Assembly (NCBI GenBank): GCA_951406725.2
Contig: OX597830.1
Span: forward strand, 35,154,001 to 35,218,000
Direction: 5' to 3'
From: Octopus vulgaris
Lineage: Eukaryota
Length of the DNA: 64,000 nt
How positions within the stretch are numbered: the first letter of the stretch is position 1; each line of letters starts with the position of its first letter. Below are positions 26,345-38,800 of the stretch, one piece after another. The notes under the pieces were generated by a model. That model saw only the letters and a program-made list of their open reading frames with translations. It ran no database searches and was not told the origin of the DNA. The translations under genes and the position numbers were made by a program.

Positions 26345-26757
26345 AAGCGACGAGCTGGCAGAAGCGATAGCTCGCTGAACAGAATGTAGAAGTATTTCTT
26401 CTGTATTTGAATCCCGCTTTCAAATTCGGTCGAGGTCCTCTTTGCATTTCATCCTCTCGAATCGATTAAATAAACAACAGTGAAACACTGCGGTTGAAGT
26501 AATCAACGAGCCCATCTCCCAAAGGGTCAAGCATTGTGACTAGTGTAAAAGGATTAATCTTCTTTTGTACGAAGGCTGTTCGACTCGCAGAAGTGTTAGC
26601 ACGCCGAACAAGACGTAGAGACGTTTTGAGTTCAAATTCCAAAATTACTTTCATTCCTTCAGGATTGAAAAAGCATCAGATGAGCATTGGGTCGATGTAA
26701 TTTACTAAACACTTCCCACCAAAATTTTGCATGTTGTGCTCATAGTAAAAAGGATCG
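26345..26757 (+). mobile_element. Two adjacent old SINE family B (tail-2) copies
   Basis: GCGACGAGCTGGCAGAAGCGATAGC... and GCAGAAGTGTTAGCACGCCG...GAGTTCAAATTCC, each ending in a TGTG..TAGT..AAAGGAT tail. Confidence 0.65.
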
Positions 26758-27130
26758 TTATTACTATTATTACTATTAGTTATATCTTTTCACGTGTTCA
26801 GCATTAGTTTTCAAATTTTGAAAAATATCCGTCCACTTTTTTTTTAAATGTTTACACCCCAACATATTTGTGTTATACAACTGCATACATTTCTATAACA
26901 ACTTCCTCGTTGCTGTTGCCGTATCATTTGCTTAAGCAACATATTCATTCCTCCATCATCGCATATCCTCTCACTTCCTCTCAGAAATATTTTCAAACAA
27001 CCAGACATAAGGATCACACGCACAAACTAACATCTCCATTAACAAATGCGACCATACAGCCACTCTGGATCACGCAAATGGTCATAGAAACACCACACTA
27101 ACTCTCACTCCAGTTGCACCGTACGCCTGC

Positions 27131-27270
27131 TTCCAGGTTCATTCCTACTGCGTGGCACCTTGGGTAAGAGTCTTCTACCATAGCTTTGGGCCGACCAAAG
27201 TCTTGTGAGGGGATCTGGTAGACAGAAACTGAAAGAAGCCCGTCGTATGTATTATATGTATATATATAAA

Positions 27271-27333
<63 letters not shown>

Positions 27334-27547
27334 TTATGTCTTTGTGTTTGTCCTGCCAACATCGCTTGACAACCGATGCTGGTGTGTTTACGTCGCTGTA
27401 ACTTAGCGGTTCGGCAAAAGAGACGGATATAATAAGTACTAGGCTTCCAAAGAATAGGTTCTGGGGTCGATTTGCTCGACTAAAGGCGCTGCTCCAGCAT
27501 GGCCACAGTCAAATGACTGAAACAAGTAAAAGAGTAAAAGAGTAAAA
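27131..27547 (+). mobile_element. SINE family A, 5'-truncated
   Basis: Starts at the B-box; (AAAAGAGT)n tail. Confidence 0.88.
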
Positions 27548-28125
27548 TGAAACGAAACTAATATAAATGGATAATAATGTATATTTTTGTATACTTCCAC
27601 TCGTTATAGTTGAAAAATTATCCTCTACTTATATATTTTTTTTATATTGTAATGTCTGAATAGATCTTCAAAACTAATCGAACATAACACATCTGCCTCT
27701 ATTCTTCGTAGAAGAGTATCCTGAATAATATTTAGTAAGTTTAAGGTATTTTTGTTACGTGACATAAACCATTTACTATTTCTTTGGTGAAGCCCCACTT
27801 ATCTAGATATATTAGCGCGTACTTATTTTGCTTAATGATTAAACAAACGCTTCCCATACGGCAGCATTCTCACCTGGTTTCTTAATCTTTACTAATATTT
27901 TCATTTCTTCTCACATATTATTTTAGTTTCTCAATTCATCAAAACATTTCTCTATATGTCTTCTGATGAAGGCCAACACACGATACGTCACAGCAGTTTT
28001 TCTTGTCAGTAATGTGGTAGGCTATTTTCTGCATCGGAAAAAGGAGGTAAGCCTTGTAATATATTTATGCAATCTATGGGATAATGATGACGAGCGTTGC
28101 CTTCCCAGGAAGTAAACCTTAGATA

Positions 28126-28194
<69 letters not shown>

Positions 28195-28464
28195 TACTAC
28201 TACAACTGCTGATGCTGCTGTTGCTGCTGCTACTGCTGCTACTGCTACGACTACATGGTTATTTTTCTTTCATCATGTATTCCTGTTGTTAGAGTCTACA
28301 CACACACACACATATATATATAATACATATATATATATATACATATATATATATATGTATGTATGTATGTATATGTATATGTATATACATATATATATGT
28401 ATGTATGCATATATAAGTATATAGGTATTTGTGCGTGTGTGTACATATATATATATATACCATT

Positions 28465-28516
<52 letters not shown>

Positions 28517-28706
28517 ATTGCAAATGCCCCACACTAATTTTGCATACATTTGTTAAGAAAATTTATTTGTTTACACATTCGTTTTGGCTAGACTCTAGAG
28601 GCTCCGCTCAGGCTAGGACAGAATTGCAGCGTATAATTTCAGCCGTAAATTTTTGTTCTATATATCTTAATACAAAGAAAAATAACAATAACAATAATAA
28701 TAATAC

Positions 28707-28773
<67 letters not shown>

Positions 28774-28989
28774 GCGATAATAATAATAATAACAACAAGA
28801 GCAAAAACAACAACAATGGCATGTTAGTATTACTATTATTGTTGTTGTTGTTGGTGTTGTTAACGTTATTAGTGCATGTTTATTTGTACATTTACTTTGA
28901 ATTTCTGCGTAATATTACATGAAAACATTTTATACGCTTATTTTTTGTCATAGTTTATAAATCCATTACCCTGCTTGAGTGATTGAACT

Positions 28990-29041
<52 letters not shown>

Positions 29042-29119
29042 AGTTCAGAAATCCATACAAGGTCACGCACACGCATACACACACACACACACATACAAAC
29101 AGAAACGCATATATATATA

Positions 29120-29184
<65 letters not shown>

Positions 29185-29437
29185 ATGCGTACACGCATAT
29201 AATTTTGCATCTTTACATACATAAGGGTAGCGTGTGCCCTTTTTTCAAAGATTGGTACTTATTCGATACGTTGCTATTGCCGAAATGCTAAGTTACAGAG
29301 ATATAAGCAAACCAAAGCCATTTGTGGTGGATAGCTACAAATACAAAAGCACAGTTATTTACATGCAAGCACATGCGCACACATACACACAAACACACAC
29401 ACGCAAACACACACACATATATATTTATGCATGTATG

Positions 29438-29481
<44 letters not shown>

Positions 29482-29538
29482 GGAGTAAATCCACACTTAC
29501 AGGGAAAAATTAGATTTAGGATTAAATTTAATTTTACA

Positions 29539-29580
<42 letters not shown>

Positions 29581-29659
29581 AATTAGAGATAAAACCACTA
29601 TTAGGCAAATCAAACAGTGAGAAACATAAACCAAAACATATATATCATAACAATAATGA

Positions 29660-29727
<68 letters not shown>

Positions 29728-29876
29728 TTGTTTTAATATGCTATGAGCAAAATTTAATCAGGGAACTTATACCTTTATTCTTCAACCAAATTGTTAATAA
29801 CTAATGATTAACTTTCAACTCTCCATATTCTTTTCTTCATTTAGCTGGATACGAACTATATGCAATACATATATAA

Positions 29877-30097
29877 TTCTTTTATCCTTTTACTTGTTTC
29901 ACTCATTTGACTGTGGCCATACTGGAGCACCACCTTGAAGGAATTTTAGTTGAACAGATCGACCCCAGAGCTTTTTCTATCGTTTTTCGTTTGCCTGGCT
30001 ACTAAGTTACGGAGACGTAAACACATCAACTCTGGGTGTCAAACAGTTATGGCGGACAAACACAACACACACACACATATATATACATATACATATG
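29877..30097 (-). mobile_element. SINE family A 3' half (duplicated at 31487)
   Basis: Shares a private deletion and substitutions with 31487-31780. Confidence 0.85.
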
Positions 30098-30292
30098 ATA
30101 GATCGTTAGCCACTACACATATTTTCTCTCTCCTTGTTTCTCTCTTTGTTTTTTTTCTGTATCCCTTTCTGTATAAGAGCGTAGGCTCGAAACGTAAAAG
30201 ACTTTTTCTATTCCTGAGCGTTATTCTAATACATCTGTTTGTTTCGTACATCACCTGTCTTCGTCTTTTGCTTTTTCGTAAACTCTCCCTAT
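30098..30292 (+). mobile_element. Penelope-like 3' terminal fragment with hammerhead-like motif (30165-30200)
   Basis: CTTT-CTGTATA-A-GAGC-GTAG-GCTC-GAAA-CG-TA-AAAG; same family as 13710-13915; ends at a TA tract. Confidence 0.65.
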
Positions 30293-30353
30293 ATACACAT
30301 ACATATATATATATATACATATATACATACATATATATATATGCTTTTAGTAT

Positions 30354-30549
30354 GTAACCTCGTCTGTATCACTAGCGATTTTTTCCCCTGTCTTCCCTTC
30401 TAGGGATCTTTCCTTCTCCTATGTTTCCGACGAAGAGCTCCGCTCGAAACGTCAAACCCTGCTTCTTCCCTTCTTTCCTGAGCGTCCAATAATATTTTAT
30501 TTGTTCCACGTCCTTGCGTTGTTTTTTGTTTTTGTTTTCTTGTTTGGAT

Positions 30550-30553
<4 letters not shown>
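30354..30553 (+). mobile_element. Second Penelope-like 3' terminal fragment ending at (TA)n
   Basis: Pyrimidine-rich; contains a hammerhead motif and the TTCCTGAGCG block shared with the previous family. Confidence 0.65.
30423..30457 (+). ncRNA. Minimal type I hammerhead motif (core CCGACGA, GUC site)
   Basis: GTTT-CCGACGA-A-GAGC-TCC-GCTC-GAAA-CG-TC-AAAC; predicted cleavage after C30453. Confidence 0.7.
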
Positions 30554-30591
<38 letters not shown>

Positions 30592-31053
30592 AGTAACATA
30601 TGTCGGTGATATGATGATATAAATGATTTCAATAATTTCTTGTGCGTTTGTCTCCATTTTCCATTAGTCTTAAATTCTCCAAATCATGTCTCAATTCCCC
30701 TCGGAATTGTCATTCATGTGAGTGTGATTACTAATTTCTTATGTGACATTTGGCCTCCCTGTAACTGTTCCTCTTTTTGCCATCTGTGATTTTATTTTTT
30801 ATTTTCTATATAAATGAAGATATTTCCACCGTCTCGCTTATCTCTCTTTACAAAACTGTAAGTTACATTGCGGGACAGTCAGTTTAACGACGTGTATTTA
30901 TTTATCACCCGACGAGATACATCTGCACCACAGGATGCTTCTGAACTTGTTGCTGAGTGTCCAACCCAGGAGGAACCGATGATAGATGTGTCGAAACAAT
31001 TGTCGTGATTAATAATATATTCTCGTATATTCCGTCTTCTGTCTTTCATTTGC

Positions 31054-31086
<33 letters not shown>

Positions 31087-31203
31087 TATGAGAGAGAAAG
31101 AGTAAGAGAGTATATGTTAACCTCATACAGGGATGGTTACATCCAAGGTATACCTAGTATTATTGAGGGAGGAAATTCCCTTAAATCAATTGCTATATAT
31201 TAA

Positions 31204-31473
31204 GCATATAGTTCATATCCAGTTAAATAAAGAAAAGAAAATGGAGAGTTTATAATTAACAAATTGGTTATCTTTACTTCTTATAGCCGTTTCCATTAAT
31301 AGAATATAATTAAATTACAAATTTGTGCATAAAAAATTTGCTTCAATATGCTATGAGCGTAATTTTATCAGAGAAGCTATGCCTTTTTTCTTCAACCAAA
31401 TTGTTAATAACAAATAATTAACTTTCATCTCTCCAATTTCTTTTCTTCATTTAACTGGATACGAACTATATGC
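31204..31473 (-). mobile_element. Fold-back element: 45-bp inverted termini enclosing a decayed long-stem-II hammerhead
   Basis: 31204-31248 is the reverse complement of 31429-31473 (3 mismatches). Minus strand GCTTCT-CTGATAA...GAAA-CGGCTA-TA-AGAAGT. Confidence 0.7.
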
Positions 31474-31486
31474 TATACACATATAC

Positions 31487-31733
31487 ATTCTTTTATTCTT
31501 TTACTTCTTTCACTCATTTTACTGTGGCCATACTGGAGCACCGCCTTGAAGGGATTTTAGTTGAACAAATCGACTCCAGAGCTTATTCTATCGTTTTTCT
31601 TTTGCCTGGCCGCTAAGTTACGGAGACGTAAACACACCAACTCTGGGTGTCAAGCGGTTATGGCAGACAAACACAATACACACACACACAAACACATACA
31701 CAGACACACACACACATATATACATATATATGC

Positions 31734-31780
<47 letters not shown>
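31487..31780 (-). mobile_element. SINE family A 3' half
   Basis: Duplicate of 29877-30097. Confidence 0.85.
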
Positions 31781-31781
<1 letters not shown>

Positions 31782-32029
31782 CGTAGTCGTAGTAAACCCT
31801 TTGTCAGGTTGTTCATGCGAACTTTCTCCAGGCCATTCTATTTGGCCTGATAAGAGCTGCAACCTCCTCTGCCGCCGTTAAGGATTACTAGAACTTCGGG
31901 TGAATACCGGACTTGCTTCCCGTTGTTCTCTCCGTGCAAGTGGGATTTGAATTCGGAATGTAGCGTGCCGGAAGATATATTGTAATACATCTCTGCCTCT
32001 GCGCCAACGATTCTGCCATTCTTCGCAGA

Positions 32030-32133
32030 AAAACACGAAATGTTAGTGTTTTCCTCAAGAATACAACGCTCTGCCCGATCCGGGAATCGAGCCCACGATT
32101 GTAAATATGTAGTACAGTCACTGCGCCACGTGC
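32030..32133 (-). mobile_element. SINE family C head fragment
   Basis: Minus strand GCACGTGGCGCAGTG...GGCTCGATTCCCGG...GCGTTGTATTCTTGAGGAAAACACT. Confidence 0.65.
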
Positions 32134-32204
32134 ATTCACTCATACATACACACACACACACAAACACACGCACACACACACACATATTTATACGTACAAA
32201 TATT

Positions 32205-32395
32205 CTTTCATTCTTTCATTTCTTTAAGTCATATGACGGCAGTCATGCTGGAGCACCACCTTTAGATGACGAAATTGACCTCAGGCCATATTCTTTGCAA
32301 ACCTCGTACTTACTCTATCGGCGTAGTTTGCCGAACCGCTAAGTTACGGAAAGAAAATACACCGACATCGGAACGTAATTACACCGACATCGGTT
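32205..32395 (-). mobile_element. SINE family A 3' fragment
   Basis: CATGCTGGAGCACC...TTTGCCGAACCGCTAAGTTACGG. Confidence 0.75.
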
Positions 32396-32567
32396 ATCTC
32401 TCTTCTCTTCTTACGTGACCGCTGGTCGACTAGTAGCCCTTTTGCGTCGGACCACGGGCTCGGTAACAACGATGCTTTAGTCTGCCGTAAGGCTTAATTC
32501 TCACTCAATACGCCAGCTGAATTCAATTCGTCCCCAGTCGAAAGGCGCCTGCTGTTATGTCCTGTTA

Positions 32568-32605
<38 letters not shown>

Positions 32606-32814
32606 GTTTTATTTGTATTTATTTATTCGTATTATTATTTCTTTTGTATTTATATTCGTGTAACATCGTCCGTTTTTCTGTCCTTGTTTCGTACACATCC
32701 GATCCTTTTTCCGAGGAATCTAATGCTCTTAGCTAAGTTTTTCCTTGTGGTAGGCCAGATTGGAGCAATCTCAAGATTAATCAGCCGAAATTGCGAGGTT
32801 GATCCGGTTCTTGA

Positions 32815-33020
32815 CATGAAGAACTTGAGCGTGCTGCTCTAAATCACACTGCTGGTGTAGTGAATGGGAAAAGCTTGGTCTGCAAAGTTTGCAGTCGTGT
32901 ATGTTTGGCTCATTAGCCACCAACGGAGCCGCAAATGCAAAATATAAATTAGCCCAAGAGCGTACAAGGTTCCAGATCGTCAGCATTAGTCTTCCTCGGT
33001 CAGGAGTTGGAGGCCATCAT
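32815..33020 (+). pseudogene. RTE-like LINE extreme 3' end (C-terminal zinc finger and short 3' UTR)
   Basis: HEELERAAL...LVCKVCSRVCL / LISHQRSRKCKI*, resembling the CxxC...GLxSHxR terminus of RTE/BovB ORFs. Confidence 0.7.
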
Positions 33021-33467
33021 ACACGCAAATGCACATAACAATCGCACTTATATATATATATATACATACATACACACATATACATAACTATATACATACA
33101 CGTAGTTACATGCATACATTGACCCATACATTCATTCAAGCATATATATTGTATGCATGAATCAGATGTTTATCTTATCAGTTTAGAAATTAAAAGATCT
33201 CGTGTTGATTTACTCAATTCTGACATATTTTTTATTACTATAAAACATTAAATATCAAGAATTATTCTCTCGATTGCAATTCAACTTACGAGCTAAGAAA
33301 ACACGATAAAACGAAAACACATCCTATGAATTTCCTCCACATCTTGTCCAATAGCAGCCCATTTTGAATTTTCTGTATTCCTTCATTCGGTAATCTGAGC
33401 TTGAACGAGGTAGGCTTTGTCAGAGGCTTGCGAAACTATAAGTCATATTGAAGGGAAACAAATTGTT

Positions 33468-33544
<77 letters not shown>

Positions 33545-33546
<2 letters not shown>

Positions 33547-33620
33547 AAATAACAGAGTGACTCAAGTTTCCGAGAGTTTCGTGTGTTGGTACTTATCAAG
33601 TGAGTCACTCTGTTACTTCT
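33545..33620 (-). mobile_element. 76-bp fold-back element next to (TA)n with decayed hammerhead-like interior
   Basis: AGAAATAACAGAGTGACTCA (33545-33564) and TGAGTCACTCTGTTACTTCT (33601-33620), 19/20 inverted match. Confidence 0.65.
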
Positions 33621-34194
33621 GCTAAATATTAATAAAATAACACATATATTCACATTCTAAGTTCTATTTTTCCTTTTTGCGTCAGTATACCTATATACAC
33701 ATAAATGCACACACATATATTCATGTATAATCATATGTATACACATGCATATATATGCATATACATAAAGGCATACTTTTCTTCTATGTTTGTGATTTTA
33801 AGTTAAATGTCTTCCATAAATTTCCTTAAAAATGATTCCAGTTGGCGCAAAGTTTAAATACTATAAAAATATAATAAAATCCACATCACAAAATACAATA
33901 CAAATACGATCATTTCTATATATTAAGCTCATCAGCGGACGTTTCCAAAAAGGCTTCTAATTTCATAGTTACAAAATATGAATATCAATTACAATAGTAT
34001 GTGTGAAAAATATATGCTCTGGGGAATACTCACATTTCTACTAGTAAAATATTTCATGGACATATTTTATATAAACACGGTTTCTTGGGAAATACTTTGA
34101 TTTACAATTTCTTTACACCGTTTTCGGTTTTAGGAATATATCTTCTTTCAAATGTTGTTTATGCGTTTATTTCCACAATGTTTTATCTATGTTT

Positions 34195-34214
34195 TTATCA
34201 TCATCATCATCATT

Positions 34215-34259
<45 letters not shown>

Positions 34260-34275
34260 ACTACTACTACTGCTG

Positions 34276-34326
<51 letters not shown>

Positions 34327-34327
34327 T

Positions 34328-34385
<58 letters not shown>
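34195..34385. repeat. Compound (CAT)n-(TAT)n-(CTA)n microsatellite
   Basis: Read directly. Confidence 0.95.
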
Positions 34386-34389
<4 letters not shown>

Positions 34390-34925
34390 TTATTTACGAC
34401 CGAGCAAAGGAACAGACATTGTGTCTCTGTTTTTATCATAAGCCTTTTCTCACTTAGTTCGTCTTATTCTTTTTTTTTTCTTTTCTGCTACCTCTCTCTC
34501 ACCGTGACATTCGTTCTGTCTATCGTATCTCTGAATATTTTTTTTAATAATCTAAATAACAAAAAAAAAAAAAAAATTCTCAATTTATTTTCTTACGTTT
34601 CTTAAGTTTAGTACGAATATACACCCGTAAATTTCAACATATCCAACAAAAAGTTGACAGAATACACTAACACACTCACAGGCGCACAATTATACTTATG
34701 TTATCTTAAAAATATTTTTATGAACGCATATATATATATATATATGTGTGTGTGTGTCTGTGTCTGTGTGTGTGTGTGTGTTTACGAGTGTATATTTATA
34801 TATATCTTTATAAATGGATGTAATATACATATAATGCGTATATAATATTTATATGTATATATAAATATATATGTGAATCTATATGTATATATGTATTGTG
34901 TATCCATCTAAGTATATACATATGC

Positions 34926-35037
<112 letters not shown>

Positions 35038-35321
35038 GGGCAAATACAATCATATTAGTGTGAACCTACGTATATACATACATAATTACTGACATATAAT
35101 TGTGTGTTATCTTGAAATTCTTTCCAACGAAACAATAATGAAACATTCACCATATTAAGTCGGGCTCGAAGTGTTGATTAGTGTTTGCCTTATCAAACGC
35201 CATCTTTGTTATTTCATTTGAATCCAGGCTAATATAGTCAACGCGATTCTTGATCCATTCCTACACATATACAAAACGCTAATTGCGTATGCGAATAGAT
35301 ATACAATATTACATTATATTA

Positions 35322-35376
<55 letters not shown>

Positions 35377-35765
35377 TATATACTATTTTTAAGTGTATAT
35401 GCATATATATTTTGTGTTATATACATACTTACATATATGTATACATGTGTTTATATATGTATATATATATATATATATGTGTGTGTATGTATATATGTTT
35501 GCATTATGTATGTATGTATGTATGTATGTATATATACCTGCATAATTATGTGTACTTCAGTGAAAGATAAATTTTGAAATTATTCTCTAATGACTAGGAA
35601 AGAAAATGCAATATAGGTGTGAATGACAGATAATAAACTTTCCTCATTCAGGTAACTAATCAGGTGTAAATAAGTTTATGTTGAAGGTGACGTATCTACG
35701 TACTTACAAATACACATATATACGTTAGTGCTGTACACACATAATCAAGCATATGTTTGTGTATC

Positions 35766-35812
<47 letters not shown>

Positions 35813-36248
35813 CCTTCTGCTTCAGACAAACTTTGTCTCACATTAAATAAAGGCAAATATACACTGATATACATAATAGAATAAAGCATACGCCATCAAC
35901 TAATTTAAAAACACAACATAGCAAATCTTTTGTTGTACTTATATGAAAAAGTAGTTTTCGAAATTTTCATGTATTTTTTTTTTTTGTGAAAGTTCGCTCT
36001 AAATTAGGTTGTTATGGAACTAATTAATGTATCAGGTTTCGTGGAATGACTTGATAGTAAGAATATTTTTCCAAACAGGCCGATTTCCAGTTTACATAGC
36101 CGAAAACTCTACTGCAATGCTTTATAAAGAAACAGAGATAGAAATATTAGACTAAACACAAACTTACAAGTATATAAAGTACTTATCAACTAGAAAGACT
36201 ACAGCGCATTCAAAACAAATGGAGGGCTCAGGAACGATTGTTGTATAT

Positions 36249-36508
36249 CTTTAATCGTTTACTCGCTTCAGTCATTGGACGATGGCTATGTTGTGAAACC
36301 GCTTTCAAATGTTTAATCGCATAAATCGTCCCCACCATTTCCTCCTTTTATACCTGGTCCTTTTTCTGTCGGTGTCCTTTGTCAAACCGCTCGTATACGG
36401 GGTCGTAAACAAATACTGGTTGTCAAGTGAAAGTGGGGAGAAAACTCAAAGACACACATACTCACTTAACGAATAAATCATGCACTAAGTTTCCAGCATT
36501 CTGTTGCA

Positions 36509-36552
<44 letters not shown>

Positions 36553-36812
36553 CTTTACTACCCACAAGGGGCTAAACACAGAGGGGACAAACAAGGACAG
36601 ACAAAGGGATTAAATCGATTACATCGACCCCAGTGCGTAACTGGTACTTAATTTATCGACCCCGAAAGGATGAAAGGCAAAGTAGATCTCGGCGGAATTT
36701 GAACCCAGAACGTAACGGCAGACGAAATACGGCTACGCATTTCGCCCGGCGTGCTAACGTTTCTGCCAACTCGCATATATATATATATGTACACTCACAC
36801 ACACATACACAT

Positions 36813-36894
<82 letters not shown>

Positions 36895-36995
36895 CAGGCT
36901 TCTTCCAGCATCAGCCCAAAAAGTCCTCTCAGGTGACTTTGGTTGACCTAGGGCCGAAGTAAAAGTCACTTACCCAAGATTCCAAGCAGCGAAAC
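36249..36995 (-). mobile_element. Old SINE family A copy interrupted in its microsatellite by SINE B
   Basis: Diverged A tail at 36249-36460 and A 5' part at 36893-36995. Confidence 0.65.
36547..36773 (-). mobile_element. SINE family B (tail-1), nearly full-length, in (TA)n
   Basis: Reverse complement of the 9946 copy; TA repeats on both sides. Confidence 0.9.
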
Positions 36996-37801
36996 TGTAG
37001 CTGATGTGCTAACGATTCTGCCACCTCGCTGCTTTAATTATATCTTTCAAAGGAACGATAAATTATTTATCAAGAATATACAGAAAATAGCGAAAAAGAA
37101 TATCTTCATTTAGAGTAGAACTTCTTCCAAAATCTAACACGATAAAGTTATATTTGCCATGAATGCAAGCGTTGTGCACCTAAAGCATCATTATAAGGTA
37201 ACCACTTTAGATGTACAAATATACGCAGTGATGAAAAATGGAAATCTAAAATAAATTTATTTTAGACTTATACATTGTTTTATTTATGGTAATCAACCCC
37301 AAACATGACTAGTAATTTTTATAGAAACCAATGGGAGGGCTGGAAGATTAATTTATAATCAAATAAAGTAGAAGCAGGAGTTGATTCCAAATTTTATGGT
37401 CCCAGGTTCAGTCTCACTAAAGGATGTTCAACTTGTTAATATTAAACAACTGACAAGCAACGTTTTGGTTTTGCTTTAATTAATACGAGTTGCAACCAAG
37501 TCTCAATCAAACATACGGAGGGTCAAGAAGATGATAACAGGTGAGGTGCTTTGCAATTGGAGGCACTGATATCTGTGGAAGAAAAATTCTGGGAGAGTAA
37601 GGTTGCATATACATGGAGAGGAATTTGCGTAAAATATGTGGTACTCATGGGTATGGTCTTTTGTAATTCGTTTACTTGAGGGATGCCCGGAATTTGGTCT
37701 GCATACTTGTGCTCCAATATAAATAGGTAGTATTGTGGTTTTGAGATGCCGCATTCTTCCCATTTAAATATAAAAGTCGTTATATATGTTGTTTTTTGGT
37801 A

Positions 37802-37952
37802 GGCGCAGAAGTGGCTGTGTGGTAAGTAGCTTGCTTTCCAACCACATGGTTCTGGGTTCAGTCCCACTGGGCAAGTGTCTTCTATTATAGCCTCGGGCCG
37901 ACCAAAGCCTTGTGAGTGGATTTGGTAGACGGAAACTGAAAGAAGCCCGTCG

Positions 37953-37995
<43 letters not shown>

Positions 37996-38207
37996 ATATG
38001 TTTGCGTGTCTGTACTTGTCCCCAACATCGCTTGACAACCGATTCCGGTGTGTTTACGTCCCCGTAACTTAGCAGTTCGGCAAAAGAGACCGCTAGAATA
38101 AGTACTAGTCTTACAAAGAATAAGTCCAGGGGTCGATTTGCTCGACTAAAGGGCTGTTCCAGCATGGCCGCAGTCAAATGACTGGAACAAGTAAAAGAGT
38201 AAAAGAG
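37802..38207 (+). mobile_element. SINE family A full-length
   Basis: Near consensus, with a small deletion after the B-box. Confidence 0.92.
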
Positions 38208-38499
38208 ACGTTTTCAGAGATCTTTTTGTCGACTGAGGCTGCAGCAACATCTATCAGAAGACAAGTCTTTTCAATAAGATTATTCCCAATGGGATTATAT
38301 CAGTTTGTCTGTATTTTCCAATTTGTCTGAACATTAAACTTTCAGAGGATGGTAACCACGGCATTCTGAGTAACTTGTAGCGGCTTGTGTTCCCACCAAT
38401 TGCTTTTGTGATGGAGGTTGTCAGTGCGGCATATTGACCAGTGTATATTACTGAGTTGCTCTGTGATGCCTTTGCAAATATTCTGTTGATGTCAGTCTG

Positions 38500-38800
38500 T
38501 TTCATCCGGAGATTATGTGGTTGATTTTCTCTGTGTGCTCTCCACATATGCGGCATGATGAGCTGCGTTGCGTTTATATTTCATGATGTTTCTCTGGTAA
38601 TTTCCAGTTGGAAGGGACTGGTTCTAAGCTGTAGTAACACACCCTCAGTTTCTATTTGAGATAAGAGTATGGTAGACACTGATATGTAAGGGCTTGATCT
38701 ATTTCGGGGTCTCTGATTCCAGTTGAGCATTTGCCATGCAGTGGCCTTCATTCCCATTTCTCCTCAGTATAATTGTGGCTGGTATGTTTGCCAGTGGTTT
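38500..38800 (-). pseudogene. R4/Dong-like LINE fragment (post-RT linker and CCHC knuckle)
   Basis: Minus strand EKWE*RPLHGK...EIDQALTYQCL..YLK / ETEG / NQSLPTGNYQRNIMK / SSCRICGEHTEKINHIISG. Confidence 0.8.

Noticed and set aside
32600-32814. Repeat-like segment upstream of the RTE fragment
   Set aside because: Single copy in the window with no diagnostic motif, so no class can be assigned.
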